Assembly (NCBI RefSeq): GCF_000143415.4
Contig: NW_003314291.1
Location: forward strand, 699,270 to 763,269
Length of the DNA: 64,000 bases
Direction: 5' to 3'
Origin: Selaginella moellendorffii
Lineage: Eukaryota > Plantae > Lycopodiophyta
This document shows, in pieces, positions 1-12,691 of this stretch. The notes below the pieces were generated by a model, which was not told where the DNA came from, made no database searches, and was given only the letters and a program-made list of their open reading frames with translations. Both the position numbers and the translations under genes were made by a program. How positions within the stretch are numbered: the stretch's first letter is position 1; every line of letters starts with the position of its first letter.

Positions 1-800
1 CCAATAGATTTTAATGACTTGAAAAAAGCTATGATTGCTTACAAAATCTCATAAAATAAATAACATGGTAAATATGGTAAAGTCAAACAAAAGTACAACT
101 CCTATAGATAAGGAAACTAACAATGAAGAATGCAAATTCCAATTGATCAAGTGTTAATTCTATGAGAAAAAAAGGCATTCAGCTAAGGAGTATAAAACTT
201 TATTTAAGCAACCAAGACGCTAACAAGTAGCCCATGTTGATAAAACAACATGTAGGCAAAATTATCCACTTGACGATAGAAATTATTGTAGAAGGAATAA
301 TTACAATGATAATTAAAGTGCCAAATACCTATACACTAAAAGGCAAGATGACTGTCGGGATTATCTGCCTAGAGGTAATTTTCAAGATTATCCACCTAGC
401 CATGAGGAAAATAAACTTAAAGATTATAATTAGTCTAGAGATAATATGCCTAGAGATTATGAAAGGCTAAAAGAGTATGATCAAACTAAAACTTCTACTC
501 GTTATTTTAGGCCATATAATTAAATTGAATCATCAAGAAAAAATAATAGGCTTGCTAAGAATATGCAACCTATAGCTAGATAAGTTGAGGTAAAATAGTC
601 AGATATAAAAGAGCCACTTAAACTCTCTTTATCATATGTTCATAATAAAATTTCTTGAAGCCTTATATGTATAGGTGTAGGTGATTTTTGTCTGACACTA
701 AGTCTTTATAATGTTTATAATGCTTGTTAAATCGAGTTATATATTCCTTGATTGTTTCAGATTTTCCTTGATAAAACTTTTTTGCAACTCATCATAATTT
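1..800 (+). mobile_element. Heavily decayed retrotransposon gag-like remnant (tentative)
   Basis: AT-rich and stop-riddled. About 143-197 reads atc aag tgt taa ttc tat gag aaa ... cat tca gct aag gag tat aaa, which resembles a CX2CX4HX4C knuckle with TGT>TAT decay. Short degenerate repeats at 350-465. Confidence 0.3.
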
Positions 801-3800
801 TCTCCTAAGTTTGTTTTTAGGGAGAAAGTTTTAAAAAAAACTACTACTTGCTAAAGTACAAGCTCATTTTTGCATGCATTTGACAATCCTAGAGTGACAA
901 GTACATAATTGCTATGATTATATAAGATTGCATATATAAACTTTTTATATGCAAGGAAGAGCCCATTGTGGAGGTTTCACGCCCTATATGGATTCAAGCC
1001 TCACAAAGATATGATTGAGGATGAGCTTTATCTCTTTGCATTGGCCTTCAACAAGGATTACATTGATCTAATTTTCAACAATAGGAACCTCTACCAAGAT
1101 GTCAAGGCTGCAACCAAGTATATCTTGAAGTGGCCTGTTCTTTCTAGTAGCAACCATAGGAACAAATGCTTGTCTTTTAAACATGGAGTATATAAAGGCT
1201 GTGCATTGGCAGCAACAGGGTGGGTAGCAACTGTTCCAGGCAGTTTTTAGAAGTTTGAGAGCTCGCGATCTAGATCGCAGATGTTGTTTTCATCATCTCA
1301 AGGGCTGGCTGGGACATGTGGCTAGTCGAGGCAATGAAGCAGCTGTGCTTAGCATGGGGAAGTTTCTAGTTGGCATCCTAGAACATGGACCACTGGAGGT
1401 CTACTCAGCACGAGATCAAGTGGGACAAGCAGGTTTTCTCTAAATACCAGCACAACGAGGTGACATTCAGCCATTACTACTTAAAGAAGCTAGCAGCAAC
1501 GATTATGTTACAAAAAATTGTGGATGCAGATCAACTTTTGCCACGCAAATGACAACATCATCGACTCTAAGCTTCAATACATGGGAGCTCCCTCCGAGAT
1601 GGATATAAATGGTGGCTGGTTGAAAGTTCAATTTAAGAAAGTTGCTCAAGGTTTGTGGAAGTTGAAGCATGTTTCGGATGAGCGACACAAGAGCCTTCTT
1701 AGGAAAGGATTATCATCTCAAAGGGCTTAGAGATCCACGAGCAAATTCCAGATGATATTGCTGGTGAGTTTTTCAATTGTTAGAAGTGTTGGAGATTTCA
1801 CCGTATGACATTCTAGGTGAGCTTGGATGCTCTGAAGTTTCAGAGTTTTCGAGTAAGATTAAGAGGTGTTTCCATGCCAACTTTATAAAGTTTCCTGACT
1901 TGCCTCGCCGCGATCATCTGGGGGGCCGCGATGCTCCGAGCTCGAGGCGCCGTGAATCTCTGCCCCCACGCTGTGCTCTTGCAGGTTCCTCCGGGAACCA
2001 GAGGCGACGCGCTCACTCCTCCGGCGGGCTCCCTCGACACTCCGGGCCGGATCTTCCTGATCATGAGCTGGTGGACAGATCCTAGAAGCGTAGTTCCCAA
2101 GTAATTGTATGAAATCCTCATCGACAAGGCCTCGAGTGCGCGAGGAAGGCTCGGCACGAGAGGATGTAGACCTAGATTTCGGCGTCCACTCCGGATCCTC
2201 AACCTTTGGCGGTGCCATCGCGAAAGAAACACAGGAGCTAGAAGAAGAGAAATTTTCATACGCTTTATAGCCCAGAGCCGTTGGTTATCAACGGCGTAGA
2301 TGGTTTCGAGATGAATATTTTTATTCTCTCTCAAGCGAGGACCGCCTTATTTGCCACTCCTCTAGAAAATGCCCAGGAGTCACATATGAAGCTGCGGCAC
2401 AAGTCGAGAGACACGAAAACTCTCATGAACTCGAGCTCCGGTTCACGCTTCCCAAGTTTGCAGCTAAATTCTCAAGAGATCGTGTCTGAACTTAGCGGGA
2501 CTGGCCTCGGCTACTTTGAGTTCCTCCAAGTAAGTCTAGATTTTAGCGTGGCGTTTGTTTTTCTTCCAGTAGACTTGCAGAAGACTTGGACGCTTTGCCA
2601 ATATGGTTTCAACAATGGTGCGCAGAGAAAGAACTCTCGACAAACTTCCAGCGAACTAGATAACTTTGCGCAACTTTGAATCTCCATCTTTGTCCAGGTA
2701 CTTCGTCGTGAGATATGCTTTAAGCTTTAGAAACTTTTGCTCTCATTGTCTCCAGCTCTAGCAAATATATACTTTGAGAACAAACGAGGACTGTGGCAGT
2801 AATCTCTTCAATAACCAGTTCGTAGAAACGATGGACCAAAGGTATAGTTCTAATCCACTTCTTCCTTTTTTTTCCTTGTTTTTCCAGGCCTTTGTAAGTG
2901 AGTACGCGATTACTGGCAATGATGCTGGCCGCGGGAGTCTTGGCTGTGCTCACAGAAGCAGCATTCTTGATTGGCATAGAGCGAAGTAACTTCCATTAGA
3001 AAAATAGTAGAAAGTTTTCTCTACCACAGTGATGTTGTAAGATACGCTATATGTATTGTGTTACAAGTTACGATTCTCTCTTGGTGAATACTAGCGATCA
3101 CAGGTATGATAGAAAATTTCAAGATCTCCAGTGTTTTTTATATGAGAACTGTGCACTGACTTTGCCACTTGATTATAAATGGAATCTAACGCCATACTGG
3201 GTCAAAAGTTCTTCAAGCTCTTGAGTGGAGTTACTCAAACGTTACCAGCGTGGTACTTCGGCAATTCGTTCAAACAATCCATCTCGTAGGTGAGCAAAAC
3301 AAGAGGTATAATGGATGGATTTTTTGCTCTAAGGCTGGAAGCAAAAGCGTGGGATTCTAAGCTCACCATTGATGGATCATTGTGGAACTAGGCAAACTCC
3401 ATGTCGCAGCAGCCAGAATCGATTCTGACGTCGAGCAATGCGATTCTTGATACATGACATTGCTCGCGTCAGAATCACAGCCATGAGAATCGATTCTGAC
3501 GTCGAGCAAAGTCATGTATGAGAATTCTTTCACAAAGATCAGCTATACAGATATAAAAAGAAACAAAGTTCTTAGTAAAATTTGTTTTGATCTTGACCGT
3601 GACAATGTCTTGGTGGTGAAATGTTTTGTAGTTTAAACTAAAATTGTCAATCTATATGTATGGTCAAAACATTGACGTTCTCTTGATCGATCTGAGTGAA
3701 GTTCACGAAGAACATGATCAAATGCGGTTTTAAAGCACTGTCCAATCGTTTGATCCATTCTAACCTCTTTACCAGCCACAGTTACAAGCAATCCACTTGG

Positions 3801-3897
3801 CGCGTTTATATTGCGCCAGCTCAAAAAGGCTCTCTTTTCCTTGCTTTTCGGCTTTTTAGGGTTCCAGCGAGCGGCCGCTTCCATCGATCGAGCTCTC

Positions 3898-5664
3898 ATG
3901 GCCCCCGCATTGCCGGTCCGAGGCAAGAATCCCGCCGCCAAGCCCAGGAGCAATCCAGCGCCGGATGAGCCTGACAGCCCGATCAAGATGAGGAGGAAGA
4001 AGAAGAAGCTGCCCCACGAGGTCGAGAATCCCCAAGGTGAGATCTCTCCTTGCAAGCCCGCGGCGTTCCTGGGCTTCTTCAAGCCTGCATTGGCAAAGAG
4101 GGCCGGCGAGGAGCCAAATCCCCATGGTGAGATCACTATGACGAATCCAGAGGCCTTTCTTGGGTTCTTCAAGCCTCCCCGGTGGATTAGAAAGTGTCCG
4201 GCGACGCGGGATGAGGTCTACTCGCCATTGCCGCCGCCCGATCCAGACAAAGTTCCTCGTCTCAAGAAGAAAAAGGTATGGTTTCTTTGCTCTTAGAAAG
4301 AACTAGACTTGTTTAGTTTTTTTTCTTGCAAATCTAAACTCTGTTAGTTTTCTTTCTTTCTTGCAGTGGAAGAGGAGACCTCGCGGCTATAGAGTGAGAC
4401 GAGGATGGTTTTGTGAGCACGCAGGATTGTCTCCTAGGAAAGGCCGCGGCGACAACTTCATGAACTTCACTCCGCAAGAACAGGAGGTTTCTCTCTCCAC
4501 CACCAACGTTTTTCTTTCACTATCAGCTCGCGAATGGTATACTTTCAGAACGAGTTCTTCTTTGTATGAGTTTTCTAATGCTTTGGCTTTGTTGCTATGT
4601 AGATGCTGAAAGAGGCCGCGGAACGCAGGCGGAGGAGAGCCGAGGCCAAGTACAACAAGATGTACCGGTCTTATATCAGCGGCTTGGAGAATCGGCAAGG
4701 CCACATAATGCGATTGATGAGTGACTTGGTGAATCTCGCGGATCGAAAACACCATGAGAAGCATTCGTTGCTCTACGAGCAATGGCGAGTACAAGTGTAC
4801 GAGTATATTCAGCGGCAGATCGAGGACTCTCTCGAAGAAATATCCCCTGACTATATCAAGGACAAGCTAAGTACGTTCTTCAGGAGATTTGTTTTGTTGT
4901 TACATGTCACCTCATCTTCTGTTTGTCCAGGGTGGTTCCACTATCAATATATGGCGATTGCGAACAAGCAGATGGTGATGCGGGACTATCCAAGACCGGA
5001 CTACGATCCGTTTGAACCGCTCAAGCATACCATTAAATTTTCGGTGAAGGAGTTATGCGACCCTGTGAAGCACGACTTGACAAAGGTCAGTCAGTCACAT
5101 TGATTTGCACGTAAGATACTAACTTACAAGGTGACAGGAAAACACAGAGAAGCGTTTCATGGGTGATCCTGTTGCAGACCAGGCAGTGACTAAAGAAACG
5201 CTCGATCTGAAGTACTGGCCAGCATACCAGTTTCGCGCATCAAAGTGGGGACATATTCAGGCAGATGAGGAGGATGGTTCCGAGATTGTCATTTCGCAGC
5301 CTGAGTGAGCCGTCCTTCTCTCGGCACCAAGTACGAGATAACGGAATTGTTTGTTTGTGATGTTTGCAGCACATTGTATTCTCACGATGTCCTGTACAAC
5401 CAAGTATTCGTCGGCGATGAATATGTCAAAGCTGAGCTTCCAAGAGGAAAATATGTAAGTGTAACTAGTTTGACGTCAATTTCCTCTTGGCACATTCTCT
5501 CATCATACTTCACTGATCCTGGTTGTTTTTTTTTTTCTTTTTCACAGATGGTTCCTAACAAAGGAATGTTACCTGAAAATCACGTGGAGAAACCACATGG
5601 GAAATGCCAGGTTTGGGATGCGGAGTTTCGAAAGCAGCCCAAGCTCAGGCTATGGTATAACTGA
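3898..5664 (+). CDS. Multi-exon gene, FAM228-like (probable cilium/sperm-flagellum-associated) protein
   Basis: Approximate exons 3898-4275, 4367-4486, 4603-4870, 4931-5084, 5138-5303, 5371-5453, 5549-5664 with GT-AG boundaries. The core LLYEQWRVQVYEYIQRQI...DYDPFEP...DPVKHDL resembles the FAM228 pattern from memory. Confidence 0.5.
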
Positions 5665-5878
5665 AGTCAACAGTGGTTTCGGGCGTCAGCATGCATGGGT
5701 TTGCGAGACAAGTTTTATATCTAGCATATGTTTTAGCATATCTGCCTAATATTTTGATGTTACAGGAAAGCATGTTGTACATTACGAGCATTCGTTTGCG
5801 TGCTCTCTCAACGAGAGCCATTAAAAAACGTTCTCCAGCATGCTAAAAAAAATTCTATCCTTATTATTCTTACTTGAC

Positions 5879-7000
5879 TTAGAGCAACGGGTAAAGCTGT
5901 TGCTGTTGTTGCCGCCTGCAGGAAGGAAGAGGTGATCTGCAGGTGCTCTGGACGTCGTCGTCCTCAAGGTTTACCTTTATCCTCTTTCTAGCTTGCATGT
6001 GTTCCAAGATGTCGCTGATCGTACTTGGTGCTCTTTTCAGTGTTGGAGACTGCTCCCAGCCTCCAAAGAGATTGCCTTGCGGATAGAGGGACCAGTACGT
6101 ACTCAGCTCCGAGTTGTTGCCGAAACACGGCTCCGAACTGGAACTCTTTGGATAGTCGTCGTGGTACTGACTTTGCTGGGGCACTCCACTTCGGTTGGAT
6201 AGATCTTCAGGCATATCGTCGGGCAAGCAGCTGGCAGTCATCAGGTTCTCATGAGCACAGAACTGGGGAAGCGCTAGCTTGGAGTTATCTATGTCCGGCA
6301 AGGCTGCCAGCATTTCGTCCAACCCGGACTCGGACTCCTCGGCCTCGGCCTCCTGCTCGGGCTCCATCTCGGCTTCCGGCTCGGGCTCAGTGTGACGCGA
6401 CGACACCATGACTTTGAAGGCCCCGCTGGTTTTTTCGTATATCCGACACAGCACCCAGTCATCCAGCTGAAAAAAAGACGAGACACAGTGAGCCCCCAAT
6501 TCGGATAAGAGCAAGCAGGTGGAACTTACTCGGAGAGATTTGTGATCCTTGGCCGGCTTGTGGCTGCTCGACTCGACCAGCCGGTACTCGTGCATTATCC
6601 AGTTGGTCTTGACGCCCTTTGGAGCTTTTCCATCGTAGAAGACGAGGGCCTTCTTGACGCCAACTTTGCGGTTGCCTCGGGTGTGAATCGGTTTGTCAGT
6701 GCCGGTGGCCTTCCAGTAGCCGGACCCGGCTGCTCGGTTGGGGCGAGCACCGTTTGGATACTTTCGGTCTCTGGGAGTGAAGAAGTACCACTCTCGCTCG
6801 CCGAAGTAGGCCTTGCTCGGGAGATCCCAGGGGCTGAACTTGTAGAGGTCTACTTCGGCTATCACAGGAACAGGGAATGGTTTGGACTCGGCCTTCTTGC
6901 ACAAGTAGTGGACGACGAGCTCCTCGTCTGTCGGATGGAACCTGAAGCCAGCAGGCAAATGCAGCTGTGACGAGGAGGTGGAGAACTTCGCTGGAGCCAT
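5879..7000 (-). CDS. NAC-domain transcription factor, ATAF/stress subgroup
   Basis: Motifs [56 protein letters not shown] and [10 protein letters not shown]. One 63-nt intron at 6467-6529. Confidence 0.95.
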   Translation of the reverse strand: MAPAKFSTSSSQLHLPAGFRFHPTDEELVVHYLCKKAESKPFPVPVIAEVDLYKFSPWDLPSKAYFGEREWYFFTPRDRKYPNGARPNRAAGSGYWKATGTDKPIHTRGNRKVGVKKALVFYDGKAPKGVKTNWIMHEYRLVESSSHKPAKDHKSLRVSSTCLLLSELGAHCVSSFFQLDDWVLCRIYEKTSGAFKVMVSSRHTEPEPEAEMEPEQEAEAEESESGLDEMLAALPDIDNSKLALPQFCAHENLMTASCLPDDMPEDLSNRSGVPQQSQYHDDYPKSSSSEPCFGNNSELSTYWSLYPQGNLFGGWEQSPTLKRAPSTISDILEHMQARKRIKVNLEDDDVQSTCRSPLPSCRRQQQQQLYPLL

Positions 7001-7592
7001 CTCCGACTATGAGGTACTTTACTGTTGCTTGGCTAAAATCTTTTCTTCTGTGAATCCCGAGTCTATACACTCTCTATGCTAAGATCCTGGTCGCCCTTTC
7101 CAGGTGCGCAGCTCGTTCTGCTCGATTAAGTCGCGAGAAATCGCGAAAAAACGAAGGGGGTGCTGCTACTCTGAGCTGCGCTTCCACGCTTCCACCACGA
7201 AGTCTCGCTGGACGATTCTATCTTAATTGTGCGCCAAGTGAGTGAAGAGCTCTCCTCTCATGTTCTTCCCCTTCTCTTCACAGGGTGCTTGTTTCAATTG
7301 CAGCTTATAGTAGGGCCTTAAAAGCTTAAGTGCCTTGGACAGACTTTCTAGAACGACGACTTACTGGAAGGCCCACCGGTTTTAACTAGATATTTTTTGA
7401 CTTGTACAGCATGTGAGACGTGGTAAATTATCCTCGAGAGCGAGCAAAACTGGGCTATCTGCGGGGTAAGTTTACCGAAAAGCTACGTAGCGCCTAACAG
7501 GGATATCCCTGGTGACGAGTACAAAAGGAAGCTTCCTAGAGTGCTTCCCTGGACTTTATGGAGATGTTGCATGTATTGATTTATTTTGACAG

Positions 7593-7894
7593 GGTCAATA
7601 TCAAAAGATCAAAGTTTTTAAAAACATTTAAGTTCTCTTTAGTTTGACCATTGACCATTGACCGAGCGATCGTGGTGGCCGAATCCGGTGAATGCTGCGA
7701 TCGGCAAGGGTTCAAACGGCCTGACCATTGACCATAAACCGCTGGCCGGCCATACAGGGGATCGTTGACCGCAATGACCGGGCGGGTTTGAATGCGTTTG
7801 ACTGGCGGCTGTTGCGCAGCTGCTTGGTGGCCTTCTCGGAACTCAAGCGTGGTGATCTTGGAATTTGTTGACCAAACCGGGTTGTCAGGGTCAA
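7593..7894. promoter_or_regulatory. Dense W-box (TTGACY, WRKY-binding) cluster in the divergent NAC/NAD-synthetase intergenic region
   Basis: TTGACY or its reverse complement at 7593, 7644, 7651, 7658, 7728, 7765, 7798, 7868 and 7889. Confidence 0.6.
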
Positions 7895-8372
7895 CCATCT
7901 TCAACGTGACCGTTTCCAATTTCTTTTGTTGCTGGAGTGCGTTGCCCATTGAGGAATACTTTCTTTAGACGTGAGAGAAGCATCGCGAGAAGGAACACCC
8001 AAAATTTCGCGGGAAAGTTCCTCTTCTTTTTTTAAGGGGATCGAACTCCCGTCATTTTCAATTTTGCCCTAGAAGGACAAAACCCTAAAGTGATTGTCAA
8101 CAGGATCACGTGCATTCTTGTTTTTACGGCGAGGTGGCGGCGTGCATGCGTGACAATGGGGAAAGTTCAGGGGAGCTTTCCATGCTATGGAACCAAAAGT
8201 TGATGCTTCTAGCAATTTAGGTGTTTAATTGACATCTTTAGATGTCCTAAAATAATGCAGCTTTCATGTGGCCTTATCTTTTCGGTTGGAAATGGACGGC
8301 CACGATCAGGAGCATACGATGTGTACACGTGGCGGCAATGTGAGGTTTTAGGGTTCCAGAGCGAGCAAGAGA

Positions 8373-11251
8373 ATGAGGTTAGTGAAGGTCTCTACGTGTA
8401 GCTTGAATCAATGGGCTATGGATTTCGAGGGCAACCTCGGCCGGATCAACGAGTCCATCCGCCAGGCGCGAGCTGCTGGATCGATGCTCCGCGTCGGCCC
8501 CGAGCTGGAAATCACTGGCTATGGCTGCGACGATCACTTCCTGGAGAACGACACCAGCGCTCACGCGTAATCTTAGAATTTCTAGGTTTATGGGAGTGAT
8601 TGATGTGCATTCTTCTTTCTAGATGGGAGTGTCTCGCGGAAATTTTGTCCTCGGATTTAACCTATGGGATCGTGTGTGATATCGGGATGCCTGTTGTGTC
8701 CGATGGCGTTCGCTACAATTGCCGGGTTTTTTGCCTCGATGGAAAGATCCTTCTCATTCGTCCCAAGAAGTTCCTGGCCAACGATGGGAATTACCGCGAG
8801 CTGAGATGGTTCGCGGCTTGGCAGCATCACAACTCGGTGATCGAGTACAAGCTCCCGGAGATCATCTGGTCCAAAACTTCGCAGAAGACGGTCACGTTTG
8901 GTGATGCCTACGTTTCGTTCTTGGATACGTAAGTGATTGTCTTGCTCGTTTTCAATCTTGGTTTTTTTGTTCCTCTCTTTCTTTCAGAGCCGTTGCTGTA
9001 GAGACTTGCGAAGAACTCTTCACTCCATCGTCGCCACACATTGGCCTGGCACTAAATGGAGTGGAGATCATTGTAAATGGGAGTGGAAGCCATCATCAGC
9101 TTAGAAAACTCAACACAAGGATTGAGTTGATGCAAGGAGCTACGCATAAGGCTGGTGGAGTTTATCTATACGCTAACCAGCAAGGCTGTGATGGTGCCCG
9201 TCTCTATTATGGTAAGCTTTGCTTCTCCAGTGACTTAATAAGGTTTTTTACGTCATGAAATGCTAGACGGATGTGCGACCGTTTTCGTGAATGGCGATAT
9301 GGTGGTCCAGGGCTCTCAGTTTTCATTAGCCGATGTGGAAGTCTTGACTGCTTGTGTTGATTTGGACGCGGTAAGATCGGAAAAAAATATTTGTTTTGGT
9401 TCTGTTGACACGAATTTGCAGGTTTCGACTTTCAGAGGATCTATTAGCAGTTTAAGAGAACAGGCCAGCCAGCATAAGTTTATGCCCTACGTTTCTGTTG
9501 ATTTTCGGCTTTCTAGGCCGGACGATAGCCTTCTTTTATTTCCTACGCTACCGATACTGGTGGGATCCTTACTTTATGATAAAGTCGTTGATCTAATTGT
9601 TTGTTACGTGTACGCAGCCTAGATACTACTTACCGGAGGAGGAGATAGCTCTTGGTCCTGCTTGCTGGTTGTGGGATTATTTGCGACGTTGTGGTGCGAC
9701 AGGATATCTCCTCCCGCTATCTGGAGGAGCAGATAGCTCCGCTGTGGCTGCTATTGTGGGATCGATGTGCCAACTTGTAATAAGAGGTATGCTCTTCGCT
9801 TGAAGTTTCATGGAAAGTTTTATTTTGATCTTTTTGGTGTGTAGCTATTGAAGAAGGTGATGAGCAAGTTTTAAACGATGCCATCAGGATAGGAAACTAC
9901 GAGAACGGGAAGGTGCCAAAAAGCGCCGAGGAGTTTGCAAACCGGATTGTCTTCACGGTTTATATGGGATCTGAGAACAGGTAGAAAAGTATCGGCTTTG
10001 TTGATTGACTAAGTTTTTTCTTGTTTTCAGCTCAGCGCAAACTCTCAATCGTGCAGCTCAACTCGCCTCGCAAATTGGAGCTTCTCATATGGATCTCAAA
10101 ATCGATAAAATAGTATCAGCGTTGGTGTCGCTGTTTACAAGCTTGACTGGAAAAGTTCCTCGTTACAAGGTAAGCCTCATTTTATATGTTCAGCTCTTGA
10201 CAGCAGGGCTTTTTCAGGTGGATGGAGGTTCTACTGCTGAGAATCTCGCTCTACAGAATTTACAAGCTAGAATCAGGATGGTGATTGCCTATATGCTTGC
10301 ATCACTACTCCCTTGGGTGAAAGGGAAGAGGGGATTCTTTCTTGTTCTAGGAAGCGCGAACGTAGACGAAGGTCTACGAGGATATCTTACAAAAGTAAGT
10401 GCATGTGTTTAAGTCTGTTCATAGTCCTAATATATGCTGTTCAGTATGACTGTAGCTCGGCAGATTTAAATCCAATTGGTGGCATAAGCAAGCAGGATTT
10501 GCGATCATTTCTTCGCTGGTGTGCAAATAATCTCCACTATCCCATTCTTGCGGAGGTTGTATCAGCTCCACCGACGGCAGAGCTTGAGCCAATCAGAGAA
10601 AACTATTCACAGGTAGTTTAAACACTCCTTTCAGTTCTTTTTTCCTGGAGACGAATTACTACATTGTCGTTTTCGCAGACTGACGAAGAGGACATGGGGA
10701 TGACATATGAGGAGCTTTCAATGTATGGCCGTCTCCGCAAGATCTTTCATTGTGGCCCCGTGTCTATGTTTAAGGTGTGTTTCGTGGCATCTTTCCTCCA
10801 CGACACTGATGTGATTCTCTGCAGAACTTATGCCACCGATGGCATGGCAAGCTTGATCCGGGCCAGGTAGCCATAAAAGTCAAAGACTTCTTCCGGTTCT
10901 ACTCGATCAATCGCCACAAAATGACCACCATAACTCCTGCGTATCATGCTGAGGTATGGTGTAAGAAAAACAGTCCAGCCGATTCCATTTTTTCTGTTTT
11001 TTCTTTGACTTCTTTTTCTGTTTGACTTCTTGCAGAATTACTCGCCAGATGACAACCGATTCGATCAGAGGCAATTCCTCTACAACACTAGGTGGCCCTG
11101 GCAATTCAAGAAAATCGATGAGATCGTGGAGCGCGCTGCGAAGAGGCCAGTAGTGACTGAGGAGCCAACTAAAGCTGAAGAAGCGAGCAAACTGGCAAGT
11201 GGGATGGGAGTTCCCGCGGCTGCCTCTGGCAATCCTTTGGTTGGAATGTGA
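8373..11251 (+). CDS. QNS1: Glutamine-dependent NAD(+) synthetase (nitrilase-like glutaminase domain plus synthetase domain), many exons
   Basis: Motifs [111 protein letters not shown] and [15 protein letters not shown]. Confidence 0.96.
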
Positions 11252-11595
11252 TAGCACGAAATCACAACCATACACTACCGTCGGATTGTAGCATCTCACG
11301 GTCTAGATTCGTAGTTAGAGATTACATTGGTTAGGGGCTAATGCTCTCCATTCTTTTAATGCGTGGTTCTAAGCATGGCAGCTCTTCCACCTTTTGATCA
11401 GCTCCAGCATCTCATTCTTGCTCTAAGTTTGGATCAGGTAAGAGCTTTTCCTTCCTCTTTGTTTTCATCTAGAACACATTGTCGACAATGGTGGTGTGGA
11501 AGCATTGCTCACACTCTCGTTCGAGTTAGAATCAACAAGTACAGAAATAGACGCATTTCTTCCAGTTTCTCTAAGCTGTCAAGCTGGGACAAGTT

Positions 11596-11798
11596 TCGTG
11601 GATTTCGAGTTCCAGGAAGGAAGTAAGTTCAAAATTCTGCTACTAGCAAGGGTGATACTGTTTGCAGGGTAAAACTGGAAAGCTAACGCATGCTTTGCAC
11701 TCGGTTCGTGGATTTCGAGTTCCAGGAAGGAAGTAAGTTTCAAATTCTGTTACTAGCAAGGGTGATACTGTTTGCAGGTTAAAACTGGAAAGCTAACT
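11596..11798 (+). repeat. Tandem duplication of a ~95-bp unit containing a GT...AG mini-intron
   Basis: ttcgtggatttcgagttccaggaaggaagtaagtt...ctgtttgcagg.taaaactggaaagctaac occurs at about 11596-11687 and 11706-11798. Confidence 0.85.
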
Positions 11799-12691
11799 TC
11801 GTAAGAACTAAGTTCGCGGTTTATGGCACAATTATGCATGCGTTGCACTCGGACTTGCAGAAGGGGGATTATCAAACATCCAACAGGTGATTGATTGAAG
11901 CTGGATTCACAGTTTCAAATAAACTTTCCTGCAACTGGACGAGCGTTCTCAAAGAGCTCAGCCTCACGCAACTCAGAGGCCGTTTCCTAGGCCGTTCTCA
12001 ACACTGTCAGCATCCTCTGGAGGCACCTGACACTTCACAGCAAGCTTGCCGAGGCCATGGACACTGGTAAAAGTGTAGGCCAATTGAAACTGAGCTTGCG
12101 GGATGCACGAACCTCTAAGCTTTACACAGATCACAAACAATATCCAGTTAAGTGTCTCTCGTTCTCTCTCAGCTTAAGGAATGATTTACTTGAACGAGAT
12201 CACATTAATAGCCCAAAATCCAACTCTTGAAAGCTCTACAGTTGTGTTAACTTGTGGAAGTTACAGAAGTGGGCGTGTACTTGTTGCATCTATGAATTTC
12301 TCTAGGTCATTGACTCCCAGATGCCACACTTCTTCATACACTTGCAAGCTTGAACACGTCCTTGACAAATCCTTTCGAGCGCCTGGTGCAATTTCATGCG
12401 ACCCACCACCATGACCTACAGAGAAAAAGAATTCAAATATTCAATCCAAAGTTCACGAATTCAAAAGTAGCTTACCTCCAGAATTACGAGATGATCACCA
12501 CTGAGCTGTGAGCGATCTAGAATTAAAAAAACACGATCAAAGTATGAGTGCGAGTGAAAGAATAGTTCTCTCTTTTTGATATACATGAATCCCAGAAACG
12601 CTGTTACCTCTTCCAGCCTTCCCGTGGATCTTAAAAGTGACGTCGAGTCTAGTGCTCCTTCCCCGCTAGTTCATTTCCAGTTGTGTTCTCT

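Noticed and set aside
960-3000. Several 60-160-aa ORFs on both strands
   Set aside because: No coherent gene model or motif; possibly a pseudogene or TE relic.
11900-12620. Possible minus-strand gene fragments between NAD synthetase and its pseudogene
   Set aside because: Stops in the frames examined; unidentifiable without a search.
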